A stretch of 62,965 bases of DNA, counting the filler, from Collodictyon triciliatum (taxonomy: Eukaryota), in assembly GCA_043381765.1 (NCBI GenBank). It is 4 parts of 4 records of this genome, joined end to end, with 100 filler letters (N's around TTAATTAATTAA, not from the genome) between each part and the next. Parts side by side here need not be neighbours in the genome. Positions count along the whole stretch, not along the records: positions 1 to 27,445 come from JBHJMP010000790.1; 3 more parts are not named here. One strand, given 5' to 3'. Of the stretch, positions 1-12,392 are shown piece after piece. Within the stretch, counting starts at the first letter, position 1, and each line of letters opens with the position of its first letter. The notes under the pieces were generated by a model. It saw nothing but the letters and a program-made list of their open reading frames with translations. It did not search any database and was not told where the DNA came from. A program made the translations under genes and the position numbers.

Positions 1-30
1 AAAAAAAAAGAAATAAACAAAAAAAAAAAA

Positions 31-70
<40 letters not shown>

Positions 71-400
71 GGGCGAGCAGATCCCCAGATCGATCAGAGT
101 GAAAAGAAGCAAAAAGTGTTCCGAGTATAAGATGTATATGCGTCTCATTTAGATCGTGGGAGTTTTCTGTTTTACTTGGGGATTTTTGGGCGTATGCGCA
201 TTGCTGTATTCTGTGTCCTTTGGTCTTTGGTTTTTTAATCTGGATTTGATAAATCAAAGAGTACCCTTCGCATTACAGGGCACTTTTACCTTTCCTTTCT
301 ATCTCAGCTGTTCTTTCCTATAAGCTGCTGACCAGAATACTTGGAGCTGTGGCTTTGGTTCCGTCGAATACCCTTTTTTTTTTTTTATTCATTTATTTAT

Positions 401-1635
401 TTATTGGATCAAAATCATCCAGCTGATGGAGAGGTAAAACAAAAAGACAGGATAAACACAAAGTGCCTTCCGCTTTTCATGAACAACTGGCGCGATAAAG
501 CCGACCGAAGCTATACATTTTTTTTATGGGAATAAAAATCAAGGTTTGGGCGAGTGAAGATAACCATGTAACTATATTGAATCATTTTGGAAAACGGTAC
601 ATCACTTAGCAACAACAATAACAATGAATAATGAATCAACCATAAGTGCCCCATGCAAATCCCAACAGAACCACACTAAGGCGCCATAGAAACGCGTTCC
701 AGACCAAGCACAGAACCGCAGATATAGTTAACGGGAAAATGCAATAACCAATGACACATACGCTCTGAAAGAAAGACCTATGAAAGAGAACATTTATCAG
801 TAAATCGCACATTGATACATCCATGTTACTAATAACGAGCAAACATATATCCTTCAATTCTAAATAGATTTGATTAAATGCATATTCTGCATGATTTTAT
901 GTAAATTATACTCAAGAAAACCACCATGAAAAATAACATATTCACGGACCAGGGCTGATGGACTTACAATTTTCCACCAAGCAGGAGTGCATTTACAGTA
1001 ACAACAGCAGCACCGAACCAGACAATAACAAAAATGGTCGAGAAAACAAGGACGGCCTGATCATCATCAGGTGCACTCCACGAAAGAATACTGCGTGAGA
1101 GTAACTGGTGAATCCGCTAGGAAAAAAACGCAATAAATCTTCAAGTTCATGCTGTGTATCGTCCAACTTACGCCGCCAGAAGTAAACACAGAAAAAGTGG
1201 TCCCCATAGGTCCCCTTAAATGTGAATAATAATACCTCAAAGTTACGAAGTATAAAGGGGCTGAAAAGTAATATAACAGAGTACAATTGTTTTTTTTCCT
1301 TTATTCGACTCAAGGAAAGGAAGAGTACATTTGTTTTTTTTGTTTTTTGTTTTTTGTTTTTTGTTTTTTGTTTTTTGTTTTTTGTTTTTTGTTTTTTGTT
1401 TTTTAAAAAAAAACAAGAAACAAGAACAGTATATGAAAAATTAAAGCTTAGGGGAACTCCTTTAAAAACAAAGGATTTTTGAGTGGTCAGCAGGAAAGAG
1501 TCCCATCACAATACCTCCTTTATAAAGAAAAAAAAGGGTTGATACACTTACAATCTCGCAGGGCTTTAACTCTGTCTGAGCCCGGGATCAAAACGTGTCT
1601 GAGTTTTGTTCCTACGGCGCTTATGTCTCTCCACT

Positions 1636-1667
<32 letters not shown>

Positions 1668-2024
1668 AAAAATATGCAAAAGTAACAAGAGAACTGAGTG
1701 ATACGGCCCTCATACACGTCAGCAAGCGTTCACCAGGCCAGAGTCTGTGGTACAAGGAACTCTTACCAAGGTTGTGGATATTGGCTCGTCTAAAGTGCTC
1801 ATCTGTCCATCCATAGCTGCGTGAAAGGACCGTCCTCTTGTTCTGAAGGAGATATCTTGCGGAGAAGCTTGCGTCTATCAGGTTGCGTTGCAATCTTCAG
1901 GTTTGTGGGCGGAGAAGCGTATTTCTTTGAGCGATCGGCACTTGATTACGAAGTGTTGCCGGGTGTGCGGCGTTGGAAACGAAGAGAACTTCGATTGTGG
2001 ATCAGAGACAAAGTCCTGCTCCAT
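401..2024 (-). CDS. YIPF6: Yip1-domain Golgi membrane protein, YIPF6/Yip4-like (about 7 exons)
   Basis: Spliced translation gives STLDEPISTTL|WRDISAVGTKLRHVLIP...ALRD|WDLWGPLFLCLLLA...VTVNALLLGGK|LSFFQSVCVIGYCIFPL...KRKALCVYPVFLFY, the YIPF6 signature motifs. All introns are GT-AG with consistent phases. Confidence 0.9.
1278..1341 (-). mobile_element. Family-B ultra-short retro-insertion with target-site duplication, in a YIPF6 intron
   Basis: Insert 1298-1321 (reverse complement TCCTTTCCTTGAGTCGAATAAAGG, followed by an A run) flanked by AGAGTACAATTG(T8) and AGAGTACATTTG(T8), 1 mismatch. Confidence 0.7.
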
Positions 2025-2381
2025 TCAGTCAAACCATGACAATTTTGGATTCCATAATTAAATATCCATATATTACTTTCATTCGACGAATATATATTGT
2101 TTATTGGAGTGGGTTCTTACCTGGGATTCATACCTTTTATGGATTCATGGCTCTTTTTGTTTTCTTTTTTTTCTTTTTGCTCTTTTATTCTTGATTTTTT
2201 TTCAGAATTATTCATTTTATCTCCATTCTGCCTTTTCTTTAATCCTATTTCATGGCGTTTTCTTGATTTTTTTTTATCGATTTTCTATCATGCGAGGTAG
2301 TTTTTTTTCATCATCGCTGTTGTTTTTTTCAAGTAAAAATAACAGAAAAGAATAAATATAAACAGTGGAAGAACGGCCCTA

Positions 2382-5300
2382 ATGGATTCGCACGCTTTCT
2401 TGAACTCCAAAGTCAGTGAGGGAAAGAAGCTACAAGATGAATGTCGTGTTGCGGTGAATAAGATAAGTGAGTTGGTGAAAACTGTCTTTGGTGCTATGGG
2501 ACGAGAGGTTGCCGTCCTGGATTCGGCTGGGCAGGTCTTCTTCTTCTTCTTCTTCTTCTTCTTCTTCTTCTTCTTCTTCTTCTTCTTCTTCTTCTTCTTC
2601 TTCTTCTTCTTCTTCTTCTTCTTCTTCTTCTTNNNNNNNNNNNNNNNNNNNNNNNNNNNNNNNNNNNNNNNNNNNNNNNNNNNNNNNNNNNNNNNNNNNN
2701 NNNNNNNNNNNNNNNNNNNNNNNNNNNNNNNNTTCTTCTTCTTCTTCTTCTTCTTCTTCTTCTTCTTCTTCTTCTTCTTCTTCTTCTTCTTCTTCTTCTT
2801 CTTCTTTTATTTTCTTTTTTCTTTTTTCTTTTTCTTATATCTTATTTGTTCTTCGTACATCACTTGTAAGTAGATTTTTGTTTTCCAAATTAAACACACA
2901 TACGAATAGATCCGATAAATCACCATCTTTTCATGCAAGTCAGATGGTCGCAACCAGCGACTCTTCATACCTACTGGAAGTACTGTCAGAGAAGATTCAA
3001 AATCCTGCTGCGAGATTGCTTGTTGATGGAGCTTATTCACAGGTTATCTGGGGTTCCTGTTCGACTTTAATCATAATCATTCATTCAAATATTATTCATA
3101 GCATGTCTAACATAGGTATTCATAAGGTGTCCAAAGTCGGTGATGGCGCAGCAACATATATGTTATTGGTGCAATCGTTCCTCCTTCATGCAGATTATCT
3201 TCTAAATCAATCCGTCCCATTAAACAGAATACTGCAAGTAAACGCCTCAAAAAATTTAATATATCAAGCGTGTGTCGAAGAAATGTGCATATTCTGTAAT
3301 ATAAAAGCGGATTCTCTTTTCATTTTGTTTCCCTCTTGAAACTATAAGTTATGGGGAGACATTGTAGGCGACTGTATGAAGCATCTAAACTCTATGTCTG
3401 TCCTACTCGATGGTAATGCATTAGTGTCCCATGCTGGAAACTTAGTCAGGGGGGTTTTGTCTAAGGTTTTTTTTAAAAGTTCACATATTTCATTGGAGTG
3501 CAAAGAATAAATCACCATTGGTTTGGTCACTGTAGCTGAGTATAACTGTTGTTATTAGGCTGTAGGATGCACTGAGGATATAACTAAGACTTACCAGGAG
3601 GTCATAAAAGCCTATATTGATAGTAATCAAAAAGGATGTAAATCTTCCTGCAGGTATGTTTTTTTCTACCATTTCAACATATCTACTCTAACAGTATTGC
3701 GTTAAAATTTAAATATGGCTTTCATTTATGGGTTTCAATCATAGTCATTGCTTTTATTTTGATGATAGTTCTTTTTTTGTCGAGCAAGGCGTACAAATAT
3801 TACAAGTTAAGATTAGCCACATCCATAAGCTTGTCTACGAGAGGGCATTTTATATTCCATCCAAGGTATGCTTGAAATTGGACCCCTCTCAGTCCAATTA
3901 TATCTCTTGTGTTGGGCTGCATGAGTGCAATCATGCAACATAATTTACCGCATATTTGATTAATAGGTGTTTCTGATAAATTAATGAAAATTTGCTTTTT
4001 TTTTAAAAAAAAAATGTATATATTAGCAGATGAACAAGCCCTTTCATATTTCAAAAGGACGCTTAGTGTTGTGCTGTTTTGATTTCAAAAACATACACGG
4101 AACAGGATTGGTCTCGAATATATCTCCGACAGGTATTTTTTTTCCTGCTATCGGTAACAAATGTTGATGTGGTTGAAGAGCGCATGAAAGTGTAACATAA
4201 ATCCACAGTGGCACCTGCAGAGATGAGCAAGCTCGTTGAAACTTTGATTCGATTCGATGTGCGATTACTCATTAACCAAGCCCCAATGTCAGACGAGCAA
4301 TTAAGGTTTGGAATCCGCCAATTTTCCACCTCGCCTCGCCGCGAATACGAATTGCATTTCCTAGTTGACAAATGCATATATGTCTAGCTCTTTTTGCATC
4401 CTTTTCTATTTTGGCATTCCTTTATATTCATATGACATAGCCTTCTCCCATCGCACCTCATTTGCTTGCACAGTATGGATAGCCATTTAATCCGTAGAAT
4501 CAGTGACCTTCTTCGTATGCCGATTGTATATGATTTAACTATGATAAGTGAAGAAAAGGTATCACAAATCACACTATTTGAATTTGCATTTATTATTGCA
4601 TCAAATTTAAGTGGGTTTGTATAATTTGATGAACTATATGCGGATATGGGGCAAAGGCAAAGCAGGTATCTGATATGGAATCCATCTGTCTTGGAGATGT
4701 TCATTACCTAAAAGTTTGCTTTAAGATATTTTTATTATTATGTATTATGTTAAAGGCGAGCTTAGCATCTTTTCCTCACAAAATATGAACATAATAGATA
4801 TCTGGAGTCGATGAGGTGTTTTTAGGGACAATTACTGTATATGAGCCTATCCAGGTGTGTATTGAAAGGACAGAGCTTTATTCTGACCTGACAAAACTAG
4901 ATTTATGCTTTCCTGACATCATTTATATATTAATATATAAATGATGTCATTTCCCAAGCATCCTCGTATTCAGATATTTTTGATATTTGAAATTATACTC
5001 AGACGAAATTGGACGAAATAACTCGGGCTGTGCGACGTTCAATCAAGTTAATTTCACTGTCGATTGGAAACCCACATTTCATAGGGTGGGTTAATATACA
5101 AACGGTTGGATATGTGTACAAAGTAAAGAGTTCATTATATAAAAACGCACTGAGGAAGATTTTTTCGTTTATTTACATATTATAGCGGTGGATTTTCTGG
5201 TCTTCTCAGTTTATCTTGTATCTTGGGTAAACAGCCCCAGAATCAACGTGTTGGTCGCTACCCCGAACTCACAACGATGTTTTCTAAAGCGCTTGAATAT

Positions 5301-6007
5301 CCCATCAGAGTACTACTTCAAAGCCGTCTGTATACGCATATATCCCTCTTATTTTTTTGTATATACATTTTATTATTATGAAATTAAATTATGTTAAATG
5401 GTACCTTTATTGGTTTTAATTAATGTACATGAAGGAGGTATTGATGCTGATTGTTGGATTCGAGAGTTTCAGGAACTGGCAAAACGACAAGCAGGTGTCT
5501 TTTTAAAAATTTTATTTAACTGCTTTTCGTTCATTTGATTTATTCTGTAAGTTTTTTTCCTTTTGCCCGTGGTACATATTTATATACTTGCCTCTTACAA
5601 TTTCCTCGACCCCTCACTGTCAAAGATTCACCATTTCATGGTATTTACGGACTTGGATGCAAAAACTTGCCTGCTAATATGTTTGAGGGCTGCGCAGTAG
5701 TTGAATCCGTAGAAATATCAAAGAATGTAAGGCATCTTCTCTTTGCACTGATACACACTAGAAATCTGCCACAGTGCAACGTTGTATCAGCAATGACTTC
5801 AAAAGAAAAAAAAAGAAATCATGTGCATCATAACAAACGTTGGTGATAAACGTCCTTCATATTCTCTTCCGTCTTTAACGTGCCGCACAATACCTACCAC
5901 AGGCTCTGCATAGCGCATTCGAAACAGCGTCAGAGATATTGCGCATGGGCAGCTACATTTGCCATCCTAGACGATTAAGAGCTATCGAGCGCGGTCTCAT
6001 TGAATGA
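2382..6007 (+). CDS. BBS10: Group II chaperonin-like BBS protein, best resembling BBS10 (multi-exon)
   Basis: KTVFGAMGREV...LLEVL..IQNPAARLLVDGAYSQ|VSKVGDGAATY (GDGA variant of the GDGTT motif, as in BBS10), IG|GGGF, FSKALEYPIRVLL, and C-terminal VVESVEISKN|ALHSAFETASEILRMG. Too divergent for a canonical CCT subunit; MKKS/BBS12 not excluded. Confidence 0.7.
2536..2806. repeat. (CTT)n microsatellite in the first intron of the chaperonin gene, interrupted by an N gap
   Basis: Perfect TTC repeats starting immediately after the GT donor. Confidence 0.95.
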
Positions 6008-6049
6008 TTTGAAGCACACATTGCTTTATTCGATTGCCTGTTGAATATA

Positions 6050-6105
<56 letters not shown>

Positions 6106-6385
6106 AAATGTAGTAGGTCTGCCACAAAGCATGTGATGTCCTTTAAATTTCCATCACATTTGTCCCAGAGATTAAACAGAAAAATAATTGGCACCTCCGT
6201 TATTTTCCGAATTGTTGTTGGTGGATCATGTAAATATATAAATCGGTTGTCTTTGATTATGATTATTATTATTTTTAAGCTAAACATCTACTGGGATATT
6301 TCTTTGACCGGAGTAGATGAAATGGACAAATAATCCCAAAGAAAACTTGTATGTATATCAGTGTGTTGGCTTTCTCCGAGAATCG

Positions 6386-9300
6386 TCACGCTTTTGCGGG
6401 CGGAGGTTGTGGCACAGGTTCTTCAACTTCGTCCTCACTATCCGTTTCGTCCTCATCTCCTTCGACATCCTGGGGTAACAGTAGAATATTTAGCTTTGAC
6501 TTTATCACTTTCATTTCTTTCATTCATAAAATCGAATCGATATATTTTGGGGCAGGTTTCATCAGCGATCAATTATATAGAAGAACTAGGATAAAAAAAA
6601 ACCTCCAAGACATCAAGCACAAAGCGTCGAACAATCTTCTTTTGCTTCGGGTATAATGCTTGCTGATGTAGGAGATAGTTGTGTGAGTATGTATGAGGCA
6701 TACAAACACAATCCAAATTAATTTGGTTAATTGTATTATCTTATTTTTCAAAAAAATTGAATATATCGATATATATATATATATTCAAATTGGGGAAAGA
6801 TTAATAAAAAAAAAAAAATACCATGATGCCCAGACCCAAAGAAACAATACCACCAAGTGCGGCAATGATTTCCTAGTTTTGAGTCATAACAAGTGTTTTA
6901 ATAACACAACCCAGACATTTATGCTGAATATGACATAGAAATTGGGGCTCAAGAATAATATGCATACAAGGGGGCCATAAGGATAGTATTCTTGCGTGCT
7001 CGTTACTTGCATAGATGAATACTAGAGTATGTTGTTTGGTAAGAAATGGCGAGACTTTTTCAAATGTGAATATGAATTGTGTGATATGGTCTCCAATCTT
7101 GGGAATGTGTCATGTTGATGTGGTATATTACGCGAAGGTTGAGCGCGAAAACACTGTAGTTCGATCTCATTTCTTCTGGGACACCAACAACATCACGGGC
7201 AAGATATTCGGCAAATGGATCCCTGTTTTATCAGTTGTCTTCAATAACTTTTCCATTTACGTATTAACGCAAAAGTGGACAGATAGATTCATCATATTTA
7301 GGGTCTGTGGGACAAAAATTGAAAAATATGACACGAGCTTGTGTCATTGTGGCATCCAAAGAAAATATGAGGACTTATGAGGTGAAGTGTTCTAATATTG
7401 TATATGAGCAGGTTTTTATAAGAGTTGTTCTCTTGGTGGGTGATTATTGTTTTATCTCGTTTTTCGTTTTGTTTATCTTTTTATGTGTGCAGTTATGTGC
7501 TCTTTACATAGCAACTCCTTCTCAGTGGTGTCGAATTCATTTCAAAGAAAAAAATAGAATCATACGAAAGTTTGAGAGACACGAGTCCAGGAGAATAGAA
7601 TGTCCATTTCTCCTTTTTGTCGATGGATATATGCTTCCTCAAAAGGATATTCACCTGGTTCGAAAAAAATAATTATAATAAAAATTCGTCAGGCACTGAG
7701 TCATTAAGAAGTATCCTCAAGACTCCGTGTATGGCATAACCTCGCTACACTTTGAATCTAATAAAGGAAGGGAAAAAAAGAAGAAATATCCTCAAGACTC
7801 CGTGTATACATATTACAAGAGCAAGAGGTAGAATATCAGGAATTAGAAAACTTACCATAGACACAGAGTTCATTCGGATATATCCATTGCGCGGGAATTC
7901 AAAAGTAGAATTATAATCAGTCGATCGAACAAATGTGAATGGCACTCCATAATATGAGAACCCTTCGTTAGACGGATCGACTATCGAATAACAAGTACGA
8001 TTAATTTCCAAAGTACTCTTATCAGTCATATAATTGTAATCGCTCTACTTCATATCAACACACGAGTGCCATTTGCTACGAAATCAGAACGAAGACGGAT
8101 AGATGAAAAATGAATGACGAAATTGAAAGGACAAGCATGGGCTAGTAGAAAAATGAAATAAGTGATAAATAGCCCACCTAATGCGGCAAATACAATCGTT
8201 ATGCTGTCATGAGTATTGTTCAGGTAGAATGGAGTTCCCAAGGCTTTATTGGCGATATTAAATACATAGCACTCTTTTGTCGTGTCGTCTCCTGAAAAAT
8301 CCGGAACCTTCACATAGTCGCACAACTGGTCACGATTTGTAGCACACTTGGGTGTAAACCCAAAGCTTTCTGGGCTGGTAAGGTCTATGCCAATCTAATG
8401 AAATTCAAAAGTGATTACGATATTGTCACAAGGTAACACGATGACACAATAATAAATACCGTGGGAATATGAAATACTAGATATGAAAACCTGGTCGGGG
8501 CATATCCTAACTGATGGGGTTTCTAGTTTCTTCTCGAAGCTGATGAGAAACTTTCTGTATTAATTAGAAGAAAGTTGCCAGTTTAGTGCCGCATTCTCTG
8601 GTAAAGATACATGAGAAAACAATTTTTAATATATACATATATTAACCGCATCCCATGCTATCTAAATCTGAACAGTTTTTCCTTTCTTGTTAGATACTTT
8701 TTGCAAACCAATTCAAAACGAAAGGGATGAAAACTAAGGATGAATGAATGAATGAAGAAAGAACAATAGATTTACAAAACAATACAATCCAGACAGATAC
8801 GATAGTAGCCTTACCCGGGAGGATCTGCATACTGCGTTACGGCTGCAACAAGGACAAGCTGAACAAAGTAATACAACGTCACAGCCAAAACCCCGGCCAC
8901 GCACAAAAGAAAGACGCGTGTGCTTGTCCCTTCAATCAGCGGCAGCTCCACATTCTCCTTGATGGCCTCGATGACACGATGGATGAGTCCCACCTCGACA
9001 TATTCGTTTTGCTGCGGCGTCTCGCGGCCATTCGGGTCGGGCGACTTTCGTCCAAAGTCTAACGAGCTGCGCTGCTCCAAACTGCCGGCCCGCGAGCTTT
9101 GTTTGCTTTGGATACTGAGTCGCTTCACAGCTCGCAGCTGCTTCACTGTTTTTCGCCGCTTTTTCCTCTGGCCAGGTATTTCGGAGCTGGAGTTTTCAAT
9201 GAAGGAGCCTTCGCCTTTGTTCTCTGCAAACGAGTCGCTGATGAAGGAGGAGCTTTGCTCTGTATGGCTCTGCTCTCCTGCGCTGAAGTTTGGGAGGCTG

Positions 9301-9500
9301 GCCACAGGCTCGTTTTCCAATGACATCGTCATGACTCCCGTGGCTTCTTCAGGGGTTGGCGACTCCAGGCAGATATCAGAGTCCTTTTGCTTGGTCGGCG
9401 CTGAGACAACTTCTACTTGGCGCTCAAGCTCGAAATCCAAAAGCTGCTCAACAGCGTCGGAGTCAGCGGCCGGGCCGTCGGGAAGGGGCGCTACTTTCAT
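6386..9500 (-). CDS. Two-TM ion-channel-like protein with PAC/TMEM206 and DEG/ENaC features (about 10 exons, about 525 aa)
   Basis: Long polar N-terminus; TM1 (VFLLCVAGVLAVTLYYFVQLVLVAAV); ectodomain QYADPP|GKFLISFEKKLETPSVRICP...ECYVFN...; then LNLR|YSSMQVTSTQEYYPYGPL|EIIAALGGIVSLGLGIM (TM2); acidic tail. Exon phases join consistently. Confidence 0.7.
7712..7807 (+). mobile_element. Family-B short retro-insertion (54 nt) with a 21-bp TSD, in a channel-gene intron
   Basis: TATCCTCAAGACTCCGTGTAT at 7712-7732 and 7787-7807 flanks GGCATAACCTCGCTACACTTTGAATCTAATAAAGGAAGGGAAAAAAAGAAGAAA. Confidence 0.85.
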
Positions 9501-10244
9501 CGTGTACTGGGATGTGTGTTTCTATGATTGTAGTGATCGTAAGGGGCGTGCAGTGAGAGGGAATGGCCCAGTGTTGGCCTTTTCTTCTTTTCTTTTATTA
9601 TTCTTTTTTGAGGTCTTTTTCTTTTTCTTTTTCTGTTATCGTTTTCTTTTTCGAGGTCTTTTTCTTTTCTTTTCTTTTTCATTCTCTTTTCTTTTCTTTT
9701 CTTTTCTTTTCTTTTCTTTTCGAGGTTTGTTCGATTTTTATTTAGTTTTTTACTTTTTTTTGGTTTTTTTTATTTTTTCGACATATCTTTTTTTGCTTTT
9801 CTAGAAAATTATCATCTATATAGATGTTCGAGCACTAAGTTTGTCCTGATTTATGGCTTGATGTGGTGTTCTATCGACATGTTATTGATGGCCTCAATAC
9901 AAATATATATATATATATATTCAGAGCAAATGAAGTAGTGAGGAGCACAGGTTAAGGGAAGGACTAAAGAGTAGCACGCCTATTTCCCAAAACATTCCCA
10001 GACAGTCATTCTTTTGACAGAGCACTGTAACAAACACAATAGATTCCAGACAGGTTTTTCACTGCATTTTCACTTCTATTTTTTCTCGAAGAACTATTAG
10101 ATGAAAGAAAGAAAGAAAGAAAGAAAGAAAAAAAAGAAAGAAAAAAGAAAGAAAAAAAGTAAAGAGAAAGAAAAAAAGAAACAGGAGATGAAAAGGAAAG
10201 GAAAAAGACGGATTGGTGGGAATGATGTGGCGAGGTATTCTTCA

Positions 10245-11390
10245 TACGTGAAGGACATGAGTCTACAAGAGTCTGTCAACAAATGGACTTGTGATTGTTC
10301 CAAACGATCTTCCTGCTTTGACTTTCCTTCTTTCGCACCCACACAGATGAAGTTTGACACTTCCTACAAGCTTTTGGCGGATTTTGTTTGATCGAGCGGT
10401 GTTATTCCAGAATAGTATATACTTCATTAGGAAGACGGTTATTTCGACGAATTTGTGTTTGCAAGATTTGACATATTTGGATGTTTGTAACGGAAGTCCA
10501 ACGGCCGTATTTCGTTTTCTCAAATGTGTTCAATAAATGTGGAATATATAATTAAATCCGTCTTAAATAGCTATTATTATAATTTGGTCGCTTACATATA
10601 TGCAATTTTAATATTAATTATATAATATGCTATTCAATAATCAAAACTGCTAGAGCCAGTAACCGAGGTTATAACCACACCGAGATACGCTGCCGTGCTC
10701 GTGACAGTGCGATTAGGAGTTGCCTTTTGCGACATGGAAACCTATCGCGAAAGCGGGGCTTTGGTTTCTGTAAAGTAATCTGGGCATGTTATACATTCAG
10801 GCGGGAGAGACAGTTTCCCTAACCGCCGTGTGTTGGTTTCCGATTTTCTTAAAGTTATCGTAGCTCACCGCAGCTATATTTTCTCCCCAAATCGCTCAGC
10901 ATACCCCGGTGAATAGCGATGGTATATCTTCATTATCTTGGAGAGTAAGTGGCTACATATGATTTTTATTCACTTTTATTTTTTTATTTATCAAAGTCCT
11001 CCCTGATAGAATGCCTAGCCTGTTAGCTTTTATTCGTTTTAAAAAAATATTCATGGGCAAATAAAATGACCCAGAATCTCAAAAGTCTTCTTTCTTCCTC
11101 TGAAAGTACTTTATTTGGTACTGATTCCTATCATATTTGCTCCATAAGTCGTCATCTTGATGAGCATTTTGAGGTATTCATGCGTGGTGAGCATTTTGAT
11201 AGTATTTTGTGTAATTATGGCCTGATTACAAATTGGCTGATTTGTTATCACTATAAAATATGCATAGATTGCTCTCTCCAGTATGTAAGAGATGAGTTCC
11301 GTGCGAAAGTATTGCGTTGCATCGCATCAAATCTTCCTCAGATTCAGCATCAATATCCTCACAATTCATGGCACAATCAGTTCCTGATTA
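10245..11390 (-). CDS. Possible multi-exon hypothetical protein; 5' end probably near or in the gap at 11714-12283
   Basis: Several GT-AG-bounded open segments join in phase (ESVPNKVLSEEERRLLRFW|PLTLQDNEDIPSLFTG|KPKPRFRDRF...|KTKYGRW...|EVSNFICVG). No recognisable family; upstream phases are ambiguous. Confidence 0.3.
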
Positions 11391-12392
11391 CCCAACCTAC
11401 TACCACCCAAACTCTTCGATCGGCGATACATGTCCAACACACCCAAACCGATTGTGTTTACGTTGTTTTTTGCGGACTCAACCTGACCGTCATTGAGTTA
11501 TATTTTGAACTATGAATCCAATTAAATGAGAAAAAAAAGTGCTTTGTAAAATAATCCAGTACGCTGGATAACTGACCCTTATTTTTTTTCTTCATAATTT
11601 CTTTATGTCCAACGATTCAGAGAAGTCGAAGGTTGGCCGTATCTATACTAAGTTCTGGTTGAAAAAATAAAAAAAGAAGAGGAATAAGTAGAAATAAAAA
11701 AAAAAAGCTTGTGNNNNNNNNNNNNNNNNNNNNNNNNNNNNNNNNNNNNNNNNNNNNNNNNNNNNNNNNNNNNNNNNNNNNNNNNNNNNNNNNNNNNNNN
11801 NNNNNNNNNNNNNNNNNNNNNNNNNNNNNNNNNNNNNNNNNNNNNNNNNNNNNNNNNNNNNNNNNNNNNNNNNNNNNNNNNNNNNNNNNNNNNNNNNNNN
11901 NNNNNNNNNNNNNNNNNNNNNNNNNNNNNNNNNNNNNNNNNNNNNNNNNNNNNNNNNNNNNNNNNNNNNNNNNNNNNNNNNNNNNNNNNNNNNNNNNNNN
12001 NNNNNNNNNNNNNNNNNNNNNNNNNNNNNNNNNNNNNNNNNNNNNNNNNNNNNNNNNNNNNNNNNNNNNNNNNNNNNNNNNNNNNNNNNNNNNNNNNNNN
12101 NNNNNNNNNNNNNNNNNNNNNNNNNNNNNNNNNNNNNNNNNNNNNNNNNNNNNNNNNNNNNNNNNNNNNNNNNNNNNNNNNNNNNNNNNNNNNNNNNNNN
12201 NNNNNNNNNNNNNNNNNNNNNNNNNNNNNNNNNNNNNNNNNNNNNNNNNNNNNNNNNNNNNNNNNNNNNNNNNNNNNNNNNNNATCAACATGAAAACTTT
12301 AAAACTGATTATGCAGTGCGTGACTAGAAGAAATACAATCCTGTAGAAAGCCCGATAAGAACCATTTCATTCATCTTTGAACATATTTATAG

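Noticed and set aside
11075-11390. VLSEEERRLLRFW as a SUZ12/VEFS-box
   Set aside because: Downstream exons do not continue the VEFS pattern.
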